From an uncultured Pelagibacteraceae bacterium (GTDB lineage Bacteria; Pseudomonadota; Alphaproteobacteria; Pelagibacterales; Pelagibacteraceae): a stretch of DNA of 64,000 bases. The notes under the pieces were generated by a model, which was given only the letters and a program-made list of their open reading frames with translations, ran no database searches and had not been told where the DNA came from. Position 1 is the stretch's first letter, and the number at the start of each line of letters is the position of its first letter. Below, in pieces: positions 33,574 to 41,367 of this stretch. A program made the translations under genes and the position numbers. Where the stretch lies: positions 8,436-72,435 of the forward strand of contig CACGSR010000004.1 of assembly GCA_902575785.1 (NCBI GenBank), in the 5' to 3' direction.

Positions 33574-33789
33574 TTGTCAAAACAAGACTTACTTGAATTT
33601 AAAGGTAAAGTTACAGACTTGTTGCCTAATGCAATGTTTAGAGTAAAACTTGAAAATGGACACACAGTAACAGCCCATACTGCTGGTAAGTTAAGAAAAA
33701 ATAGAATTAGAGTATTGCAAGGTGATAATGTAACAGTCGAAATGACACCTTATGACCTTACAAAAGGCAGAATAATCTTTAGGGGTTAA
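33574..33789 (+). CDS. infA: Translation initiation factor IF-1
   Basis: [13 protein letters not shown], [18 protein letters not shown]; TTG start with AGGAG RBS. Confidence 0.97.
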   Translation: MSKQDLLEFKGKVTDLLPNAMFRVKLENGHTVTAHTAGKLRKNRIRVLQGDNVTVEMTPYDLTKGRIIFRG

Positions 33790-33794
33790 TTTTT

Positions 33795-33869
33795 GCCTCG
33801 GTAGCTCAGGAGTAGAGCAGAGCCCTGAAAAGGCTTGTGTCGGAGGTGCGAATCCTTCCCGAGGCACCA
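33795..33869 (+). tRNA. tRNA-Phe (GAA) with atypical D and T loops
   Basis: GCCTCGG/CCGAGGC acceptor, GAGCC-CTGAAAA-GGCTT anticodon arm, T loop TGCGAAT, encoded CCA. Confidence 0.93.
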
Positions 33870-33945
33870 CCAAAATATCTTGAATTTCGTAAAAAAAAAT
33901 TTAACTTTAGATGATAATAAATAAAACAAAGGACTAAAAAATAAG

Positions 33946-34158
33946 ATGAGTACATTAAAAGGAACCGTTAAATGGTTTAACGGAAAAAAAGGCTTTGGAT
34001 TTATCGAAAGAGAAGACAAAGAAAAAGATGCGTTTGTGCACGCAAGTGCAGTAAAAGCTGCGGGAATGAGATATCTTAATGAAGGAGATAAATTAGAGTT
34101 TACACTTGAGGATGGCCCTAAAGGTCCATCAGCTGTAAATTTAAAAAAATTGGACTAA
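33946..34158 (+). CDS. cspA: Cold-shock protein
   Basis: GTVKWFN, KGFGFI, FVHASA, KGPSAVN (paralog symbol uncertain). Confidence 0.93.
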   Translation: MSTLKGTVKWFNGKKGFGFIEREDKEKDAFVHASAVKAAGMRYLNEGDKLEFTLEDGPKGPSAVNLKKLD

Positions 34159-34171
34159 TCGAAAAATTTAT

Positions 34172-34214
34172 AAGGGGCGTTTTTCTAGGTTTTAGATTGA
34201 CGTCCTTTTCTTTT
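34172..34214 (+). terminator. Probable intrinsic terminator after the csp gene
   Basis: AAGGGGCGT pairs with ACGTCCTTT (two G-U pairs), followed by TCTTTT. Confidence 0.6.
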
Positions 34215-34257
34215 ATGGGTTGAATAATCTTAATTTTTGTCTAAAAGACCCTCAATG

Positions 34258-34339
34258 ATTATAAATATTACAATTAAAGTAATTTTAAACAGTTCACATA
34301 GAAACTGTTTCCATAGCCTATAGGCTATTAATTTATAAT
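34258..34339. ncRNA. Candidate structured RNA (four-way junction)
   Basis: 9-bp closing stem ATTATAAAT/ATTTATAAT enclosing three hairpins; strand and expression unknown. Confidence 0.4.
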
Positions 34340-34380
34340 ATAATTTTAATCCACATAAAAATAATATAAAAACAAGGAAT

Positions 34381-34455
34381 GCCTGGGTGGTGTAACGGTT
34401 AGCACGAAAGTTTGTGGAACTTTAAGTTTGAGTTCGATTCTCAGCCCGGGTACCA
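34381..34455 (+). tRNA. tRNA-His (GTG), lacking G-1, A73 discriminator
   Basis: GCCTGGG/CCCGGGT acceptor, AAAGT-TTGTGGA-ACTTT anticodon arm, GTTCGATTC T arm, ACCA; base -1 is T. Confidence 0.96.
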
Positions 34456-34459
34456 AAAA

Positions 34460-35854
34460 ATGATTAAAGATAATAAATTAGTTCCTGGATTACCTTCAGG
34501 ATTTGAAGATCGTTGGGATAAAAAACTTCTTCTCAAAAAAAAGCTTTTAAAAGCTATTGAGAATAATTTTGTAAAATTTGGAGCAGAAGCTTTAGAAACT
34601 CCATCGTTTGAAATTGCAGAAAACATTGGATCTTTTTTGGCAGAAGATGAAACTAATCCTATGTCTGATGTATTTTCATTTAAAGATGGAGACAGAAATA
34701 TGACTCTTCGGTATGATCTTTCAAGCCCCTTAGCGAGATTCTATGCTCAAAATAATCAACAACTTCCATCAATCTTTAAGCGATATCAAATTCAAAATGT
34801 ATTCAGAAATGAAAAAGCTGGTAATGGAAGGTATAGAGAATTTTTGCAAGCAGATTTTGATATAGTTGGAAATGTTGATCCTGCCCAAGCCAATGCAGAG
34901 CTTTGTAATTTAATATCAAGCACTCTTCTAGACTGCGGATTAAAAAAAGATCAATTTACAATTAATGTGAGTAATAGAAAAATTGTTCAGGGTTTAATTG
35001 ATGATTTAAAAATTTCTGAGGAAAAACAAATAAAAGTTATTAGGGCAATTGATAAACTCGATAAGCCTGGTTTTGGATTAAGGGGGGTTGAAGATTTACT
35101 TAAGAAAGAAAGAAAAGATCAAAGTGGGGCTATACAAAAGGGCGCTGAATTAACTGACTATCAGACAGCGCAGATATTAAATTTTCTAAAAATAAAAGAT
35201 TTAAAAAAATTAAAAGAAACTTTAAAAAATCCATTATCTCAAGAAGGAATTCAAGAGTTAGAGAATGTATTTCAAATACTTGGATATGGTTCAAATTTAA
35301 ATCAAGTTAAAACAAATTTTACAATTGTGAGAGGGCTCTCGTACTATGACTCATTTATAGTTGAAACAAATTTAAATTTCAAAGTAACCAACAACAAAGG
35401 TAAAGAAATTGATTTAGGCAGTATCTGTTCGGGAGGATCATATGCCAAACTTATTTCAAGGTTTAGAGGTATTGATGTTCCTGGGACTGGAATTAGTTTT
35501 GGAGTAGACAGGATGTTATTTGCATTAATACAGTTAAATCAAATTCAAGTTAAAGATCAAAAGCCAGTTTTAGTTTGTGTCATGGATGAAAAATACTTAA
35601 AGAATTATTATGAAATAGTCGATCAATTAAGAGATAATAATATTAATGCAGAAGTTTTTTTAAGTACTAAAAAAAATCTTGGTAAACAACTCGATTTAGC
35701 AAACAAGCGTGAACTATCAGTAGCGATTATTTGTGGGGAAAATGAGTTTAATAATAACACCGTGACCATTAAAAACCTTAAAGGTGTTAAGGGTGAAAAC
35801 AATCAAACAATTCCAAAATCAAACTTAATAAATGAAATCAAAAAACTTATCTGA
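34460..35854 (+). CDS. hisS: Histidine--tRNA ligase
   Basis: LRYDL, FRNEK...GRYREFLQADFD, IVRGLSYY, GISFGVDR; ATG 34460 (ORF-track start lies inside tRNA-His). Confidence 0.96.
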   Translation: MIKDNKLVPGLPSGFEDRWDKKLLLKKKLLKAIENNFVKFGAEALETPSFEIAENIGSFLAEDETNPMSDVFSFKDGDRNMTLRYDLSSPLARFYAQNNQQLPSIFKRYQIQNVFRNEKAGNGRYREFLQADFDIVGNVDPAQANAELCNLISSTLLDCGLKKDQFTINVSNRKIVQGLIDDLKISEEKQIKVIRAIDKLDKPGFGLRGVEDLLKKERKDQSGAIQKGAELTDYQTAQILNFLKIKDLKKLKETLKNPLSQEGIQELENVFQILGYGSNLNQVKTNFTIVRGLSYYDSFIVETNLNFKVTNNKGKEIDLGSICSGGSYAKLISRFRGIDVPGTGISFGVDRMLFALIQLNQIQVKDQKPVLVCVMDEKYLKNYYEIVDQLRDNNINAEVFLSTKKNLGKQLDLANKRELSVAIICGENEFNNNTVTIKNLKGVKGENNQTIPKSNLINEIKKLI

Positions 35855-36890
35855 AAAAATCTTGAGGTCAGTAAAAGCCAAGGGATTTAAATATATTGAA
35901 TTACCCTCAGTAATTGAAACTAATCATATTGTTCAAAGATCTGGTGAGAGTTTTAGAAAATTTATTTTTTCGTTTATAGACCAGACAGGTAATGAATTAT
36001 GTTTAAGACCTGATCTTACAATTGCTTCTTGTCTTAGATATTTAGAAAATGATTTAAAAGGTAAAGAAAAAATATTTTATAGCGGACAGGCTTATAGAAA
36101 ATCTCAAAATAAAAAGGACTCTATAATTCGAAATCAAGTTGGTTTTGAGATTATAGGATCAAAAGATGAAAAAAATGATGACAAAGAAATAATAAATACA
36201 TCACTTAAATCAATAAAAGATCTAAAATATTCATCAGGCACACTCACTATTGGCAATGTGGAAATTTTTAATCTTTTAATATCCAAATTAGATATACCAA
36301 AAAGATGGAAATTAAGACTTACAAGACATTTTTGGCGAGAGGATTATTTCAGTGATTTACTAAAAAGGTTAGAGACGAATTCTGACGTAGATCCAACTAT
36401 TGTTGAAGTTGATAAAGGAAGGTATTTGAAAATGTTAAGTGATGATCAATCATCTATTATTGCTGGCAGAACGTTAAAAGAAATTTTAGAAAGGTTCGAT
36501 AAAAAAATCAAAGATCCAAGAAGAGCAAGCAAAGGAAGTAATATATCAAAAATTATCAAAAAGTTTTTGAAAATTAAATGTCCGATAAATAAAGCTGCAA
36601 AGGAGTTAAATAAATTCTTTAAAAAACATAAAATAAACCTTTTTGTTGATCAGAAATATTTTCCTATTTCCAAAAACAAAATATCTAAATTAAATGTAGT
36701 TTTCTCAACTGCCTTTGGTAGACAATTAGAGTATTACACTGGCATAGTTTTTAAGATAGATGTCAAATCAAAGTCGAAAATTATTAATTGTTGCAATGGT
36801 GGTCGTTATGACAAATTAATTTCTGATCTTGGCTCAAAAAAACATGTACCAGCTGTTGGAGCTGCTATTAATTTAAATTCTCAATTATGA
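35832..36890 (+). CDS. hisZ: ATP phosphoribosyltransferase regulatory subunit
   Basis: LCLRPDLT, QVGFE, FGRQLEYYTG, GGRYD, PAVG; lies between hisS and hisG. Confidence 0.93.
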   Translation: MKSKNLSEKILRSVKAKGFKYIELPSVIETNHIVQRSGESFRKFIFSFIDQTGNELCLRPDLTIASCLRYLENDLKGKEKIFYSGQAYRKSQNKKDSIIRNQVGFEIIGSKDEKNDDKEIINTSLKSIKDLKYSSGTLTIGNVEIFNLLISKLDIPKRWKLRLTRHFWREDYFSDLLKRLETNSDVDPTIVEVDKGRYLKMLSDDQSSIIAGRTLKEILERFDKKIKDPRRASKGSNISKIIKKFLKIKCPINKAAKELNKFFKKHKINLFVDQKYFPISKNKISKLNVVFSTAFGRQLEYYTGIVFKIDVKSKSKIINCCNGGRYDKLISDLGSKKHVPAVGAAINLNSQL

Positions 36891-37573
36891 AAAATTTGAT
36901 AAATATAGGAATACCTAGCAAAGGAAGATTAAGAAAAGATGTTTTAAAAATTTTTACCAAAAAAAAATTAAATCTTATCTCTGAGCGAGGGGAACGAGAT
37001 TTAATAGGCTCAATAAGAAATAAACCAAATATAAAAATTTTATATTTGCACGCAAGAGAAATTATTGAAAGATTAGGAGATGGTTCTTTAGATATTGGTT
37101 TTTCTGGTTTTGATTTATTAAGAGAAAGTGAAATAAATACTCAAAACAAAATAAATGTTATCAAAAAATTTAATTTTGGAAAAGCTAATTTAGTTGTAGC
37201 TATACCAGATCCTTGGATCGATGTTCAAACAATCGCTGACCTAGAAGAAATTGCATTTGAATTTAGAGACAAAAAGAAAAAAAGATTGAGAGTTGCAACT
37301 AAGTATCCGAATTTAACTAGGGATTTTTTATTTTCTAAAGGTGTTACACAATTTAAATTAATTGATAGTTTGGGGGCAACCGAGGCATACCCTTTTACTG
37401 GTTCAGCAGAATTAATTACAGACATAACATCCTCAGGTGAAACTCTTAGGGCGAATAATTTACGTATATTAAAAGATGGAGAAATCTTAAAATCTCAAGC
37501 TTGTATTCTTATTTCAAAAAAAAATAGTAAAAAAAAAGGTTTAAAAAACTTTGTTAAATTACTTTCCAAGTAA
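36887..37573 (+). CDS. hisG: ATP phosphoribosyltransferase (short form)
   Basis: IPSKGRL, RVATKYP, GATE, DITSSGETLRANNL. Confidence 0.96.
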   Translation: MKNLINIGIPSKGRLRKDVLKIFTKKKLNLISERGERDLIGSIRNKPNIKILYLHAREIIERLGDGSLDIGFSGFDLLRESEINTQNKINVIKKFNFGKANLVVAIPDPWIDVQTIADLEEIAFEFRDKKKKRLRVATKYPNLTRDFLFSKGVTQFKLIDSLGATEAYPFTGSAELITDITSSGETLRANNLRILKDGEILKSQACILISKKNSKKKGLKNFVKLLSK

Positions 37574-37629
37574 TTTATCTAAAAAGTATATGAGAATAAT
37601 TTTGATGATATCTAAATTTCTTATTATTG

Positions 37630-37706
37630 CATAAGTAGCTATTATAATCCCTATTCCAAAAATAATTTTCAAAATAAGATATAATTCCATAAAAATCCCT
37701 TATAAT
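37630..37706. promoter_or_regulatory. Two copies of CATAA-N7-TTATAAT upstream of rmuC
   Basis: 37630-37648 CATAAgtagctaTTATAAT and 37688-37706 CATAAaaatcccTTATAAT; each has ATAA-N7-TTAT dyad symmetry and contains TATAAT. Confidence 0.45.
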
Positions 37707-37720
37707 ACAAGTTACGAATC

Positions 37721-38812
37721 ATGGACACAATTTTATTAATAATTTTGATTTTAATGTTTGGAGCAATCTTGGCTATTTTGTATCTAAATATAAAGTTCAA
37801 GAAAGAGAACAGAGCTGATGAGAATAATGAAATAGCAAATTTAAATGCGGAAATTATTAGATTAAAAGATAGCTTAAACTCTTCAATCAATACATCTCTA
37901 AGTTCGATGTCTACCTCATTTAACTCTTTATCAACCGGGGTTACAAAGGATATGACCGAGGCACTTACTAAAGTTGATGAGAAAGTCGGTAATTTTAATG
38001 AACAAGTAAAGCTTTTAAATCAAAGCCAAGAGGGGATTACTAAAATTTTAGCGGGGGTTAAAAAGTATGGAACTTTGGCTGAATATTCTTTGGATGCTTT
38101 AATCAAGGATTTGTTACCTGCATCTCAATATATGACCAATGTTAAAATGAAAGAAGATACAAGTGAAAATGTAGAATTTGCAATTAAGCTTCAAGGAGAT
38201 GTTTTGGTTCCGGTAGATTCTCATTTTCCAGTAGAAAAATTTAAGGCAATTACAGATGCGCACGAGGCAGATGATAAGAAAGCAGTTGTAGACGCTAGAA
38301 CAAAATTAGCAAGTGCATTTAAGGCCAAAGCAAAAAGTGTCATGGAGAAATATATTTTTCCACCTAAAACCTCAAATTTTGCAATAGTGTATGCTCCTAC
38401 GGAAAGTCTTTATAAAGAGTTAACTGAGTACCAAGATCCAAGCACTAAAGAGCTATTAATCCAAGAATTAATGAAAAAATACAAAATAGTAATTTGTGGT
38501 CCAAATACTTTTTCAGCTTATTTACAATCTTTACAGATGGGCTTTCAGTCTCTAAAAATTTCAAGACACGCAACGGAGATTTATGATCATTTAAAAACAA
38601 TAAGTACAAGATTTTCAAGTCATTTTGATAATATCTATAAATTAAGAAAAAAACTTGAAGAGGCCATGACTGTTGTTGATAGTTTTGGAAAAGATGCAAG
38701 ATCAATTACTAGAACTTTAGAAAATATAAAAGATCCCGAGCAAGTTGAAAAAGCAGTTCTAACAGAGAACGTTGAGAGTTTTGTTGAAAGAAATAAACAA
38801 GTTAAAAAATAA
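37721..38812 (+). CDS. rmuC: RmuC-family protein
   Basis: N-terminal TM anchor, coiled coil, VEFAIKL...PVDSHFP, KYIFPPKTSNFAIVYAPTESLY, GPNTF. Confidence 0.88.
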   Translation: MDTILLIILILMFGAILAILYLNIKFKKENRADENNEIANLNAEIIRLKDSLNSSINTSLSSMSTSFNSLSTGVTKDMTEALTKVDEKVGNFNEQVKLLNQSQEGITKILAGVKKYGTLAEYSLDALIKDLLPASQYMTNVKMKEDTSENVEFAIKLQGDVLVPVDSHFPVEKFKAITDAHEADDKKAVVDARTKLASAFKAKAKSVMEKYIFPPKTSNFAIVYAPTESLYKELTEYQDPSTKELLIQELMKKYKIVICGPNTFSAYLQSLQMGFQSLKISRHATEIYDHLKTISTRFSSHFDNIYKLRKKLEEAMTVVDSFGKDARSITRTLENIKDPEQVEKAVLTENVESFVERNKQVKK

Positions 38813-38849
38813 TTTCTTTTTTCAGATAATACCGACTATAAGAAATCAC

Positions 38850-39536
38850 ATGCAATGGAATAATAAATTTATTTATCCTAAATCTACAAGGTCAATTATA
38901 CAAGGCTCTAGACACTATTCTGTAAATGAGGAAAATCTTCCTTCAGTTACTACAATATTAAAAGCAACTGAGGCTGAAGAAAAAAAATTAAAACTTGCTG
39001 AGTGGAAAAATAGAGTTGGCCACAAGCAGGCTGAAATTATTTCAAGAGAAGCAACAAGCCGAGGTAGTTCGATGCATGATTATTTAGAAAAATTTTTGCT
39101 TGGAAAATTAAATTTAGATTTACTTGGTGATAATACCCATGAAAAAATGATGGCTGATCAAATTATTGAAAATGGATTAAGAGATAAATTAAGTGAGATT
39201 TGGGGTTGTGAAGCAACTCTATACTATCCAGAAAAATATGCAGGCACTGCTGACTGTATTGGTATTTATGAAAATAAAGAAACGATCATAGATTTCAAAC
39301 AAAGCAACAAACCAAAAAAAGATGAGTGGATTGATGATTATTATTTACAATGTGCAGCTTATTCATTAGCTCACAATAAAGTTCATGGATCAAAAATTAC
39401 ACAAGTTGCAATCCTTTTATGTACTAAAGATAATATTTTTCAAAGATTTATAGTTGAGGGTGAAAGATTAATAAATTATGAAAATCAATTTTTAGAAAAG
39501 GTTGAACAATTTTACTTAAAAAGGATAGCAAATTGA
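38850..39536 (+). CDS. PD-(D/E)XK nuclease, MGME1/RecB-like, resembling phage-type exonucleases
   Basis: LPSVTTIL, RGSSMH, E...YAGTADC, IIDFKQS, YYLQCAAY (QxxxY); ATG 38850. Confidence 0.85.
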   Translation: MQWNNKFIYPKSTRSIIQGSRHYSVNEENLPSVTTILKATEAEEKKLKLAEWKNRVGHKQAEIISREATSRGSSMHDYLEKFLLGKLNLDLLGDNTHEKMMADQIIENGLRDKLSEIWGCEATLYYPEKYAGTADCIGIYENKETIIDFKQSNKPKKDEWIDDYYLQCAAYSLAHNKVHGSKITQVAILLCTKDNIFQRFIVEGERLINYENQFLEKVEQFYLKRIAN

Positions 39537-40981
39537 ATTATGTAGTTTGGGATATTGAGACAGACTCAGCCCAACTTGATTGGGCTACTATGATTGAGAT
39601 TGGGGCAATTCTATTAGATGAGAATTTTAATGAAAAAGAGAGATTTACTGCAAGATGCAGGATGCCACAAGATCGAGTTCCATCTGCAACTGCATTATGT
39701 ATAAATAAGTCAAATGTTGATTTAATTACTAAAGGCAATTTAAGCCACTATCAAATGGTTGCTCAAGTTGAAAAAAAATTTCGTGAATGGTCACCAGCAA
39801 CTTTTATGGGATTTAGTTCCATAGGGTTTGACGATGAAATTCTGAGGCGAGAGTTTTTTAAATCACTCAGAAAACCTTATCTCATTAATACGGAAGGCAA
39901 TGCAAGACATGATGCATTAAATATGATTAAAGCTGCATTTGCTATTGATGAAAACATTTTGAAAACTGAACTTAATTCAAAAGGTAATAAATCAATGAAA
40001 CTAGAGTCACTTGCAAGACTTAATGGCTTTGAGTCTTCAGGTGCACACTCTGCATTATTTGATACAGAGTTGACAGTAAAAGTATTAGGATTATTAAAAA
40101 AAAAACAATCTAATTTATGGCATGAATATCTAAAAACAAAAAGTAAAGTTGTTGTAGAAAATTTAATAAAACAAGAAAAAATGTTTACGATTAATGAAAA
40201 TTTTTTTGGAAAAAATTATTTATTTTTAGTTGCGCCTTTACATCCAAAATCATGTATGCACCCTGTTTATAAATGGGGCCAGGTGGTGAATTTGTCAGCC
40301 AATATAGAAGAGCTACAAAAACTCAGCTTTCAAGATCTCAAAAAAGAGATGAAAAAATCTCCTAGATTTTATAAAACAATCAAATCTAACAAAGCTCCAA
40401 TAATCTTAGATAAAAACTTAGCCTTAAAGGTCGATCCATATAAAAAAATTGGTTTAAATTTATTGAACAAGAGAGCAGAATTAATGAAATCTAATGAAAA
40501 GTTTTCAACAGATATCTGCAGAGTTCTAAGAGAAGCTGCGGAAGAAAAAATAGAAACCTCTTCGCAGGAAGATTTTGAACCAGAGGAAACAATTTATTCA
40601 GGAGGTTTTGATACTTTTAATAAAGATGTTCCATTATTTGAAAAGTTTCATTCATCTGATTGGAAAGAGAGATTGTCTTTATTAGATAAATTTAAAGATG
40701 ATCGCCTAGTAACCTTCGGTCATAATTTAATATTCAATGAGGCACCAGAAATTTTACCAAAAGATATTTACAAAAAAATTAAAAGGCGTATAGCGACAAG
40801 AATTTTAAGCACAAATAAAGAGAAATGGTGGACTGTATCTGCTTTTTATTCAGAGTGTGATGAAATAAGAGAAAATGAGGATAAAATGTTTTCATTTAAA
40901 ACAGTTGATGAAAAATTAAAATTTTTAGATGGAATAAATGACTATGTAATGAATTTAGAGCAAAAATATTCAGATGCATAA
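39533..40981 (+). CDS. sbcB: Exodeoxyribonuclease I-like DEDDh 3'-5' ssDNA exonuclease
   Basis: WDIET (ExoI), GFSSIGFDDEILR, KSMKLESL, AHSALFD (ExoIII), IKSNKAP, EETIYSGGF; TTGA-coupled to the upstream nuclease. Confidence 0.85.
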   Translation: MNYVVWDIETDSAQLDWATMIEIGAILLDENFNEKERFTARCRMPQDRVPSATALCINKSNVDLITKGNLSHYQMVAQVEKKFREWSPATFMGFSSIGFDDEILRREFFKSLRKPYLINTEGNARHDALNMIKAAFAIDENILKTELNSKGNKSMKLESLARLNGFESSGAHSALFDTELTVKVLGLLKKKQSNLWHEYLKTKSKVVVENLIKQEKMFTINENFFGKNYLFLVAPLHPKSCMHPVYKWGQVVNLSANIEELQKLSFQDLKKEMKKSPRFYKTIKSNKAPIILDKNLALKVDPYKKIGLNLLNKRAELMKSNEKFSTDICRVLREAAEEKIETSSQEDFEPEETIYSGGFDTFNKDVPLFEKFHSSDWKERLSLLDKFKDDRLVTFGHNLIFNEAPEILPKDIYKKIKRRIATRILSTNKEKWWTVSAFYSECDEIRENEDKMFSFKTVDEKLKFLDGINDYVMNLEQKYSDA

Positions 40982-41049
40982 TTTAATAAAACAAAAAAAC
41001 TTTTTTTGACCATTGATAATTTTTGTGAATCCATTATATCAATTTATAT

Positions 41050-41367
41050 ATGATGAATAATTTTAAAGATGAAGATTTTGATAATAAAATTAAAAACGAA
41101 GAAATTTCTGTAGTGCAGTTTTCGGCTTCTTGGTGTATGCCTTGCAAAAATTTGATTCCAATAATGAACAAATTTTCAGATGAATATAAAGATAAAGCAA
41201 ACTTTTATTATGCCGATATTGAAGAAGGTGGAATAAACACCGGTAGTGCTGCGGGAATAAGAGGAGTTCCAACTGTAATTATTTATAAAAAAGGTGTTGA
41301 AGTGGATAGAAAAGTTGGAGGAGTTCCAGAAGGAAACATGAAAGAGTTTTTGGATAAAAATATCTAA
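41050..41367 (+). CDS. trxA: Thioredoxin
   Basis: FSASWCMPCK, GIRGVPT, KVG; convergent with folC. Confidence 0.88.
   Translation: MMNNFKDEDFDNKIKNEEISVVQFSASWCMPCKNLIPIMNKFSDEYKDKANFYYADIEEGGINTGSAAGIRGVPTVIIYKKGVEVDRKVGGVPEGNMKEFLDKNI

Noticed and set aside
33691-34019. Minus-strand ORFs of 60 and 77 aa
   Set aside because: Antisense shadows of infA, tRNA-Phe and the csp gene
34255-34323. 22-codon ORF (MIINITIKVILNSSHRNCFHSL) as a His leader peptide
   Set aside because: Only two non-adjacent His codons, no RBS and no attenuator terminator; the RNA-structure reading explains the region better, though the ORF is not excluded
34412-34459. ORF-track N-terminal extension of hisS
   Set aside because: Lies inside tRNA-His; ATG 34460 gives a normal HisRS N-terminus
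38850-39536. Cas4 / CRISPR-associated gene
   Set aside because: No four-Cys Fe-S motif, no other cas genes and no repeat-spacer array in the window
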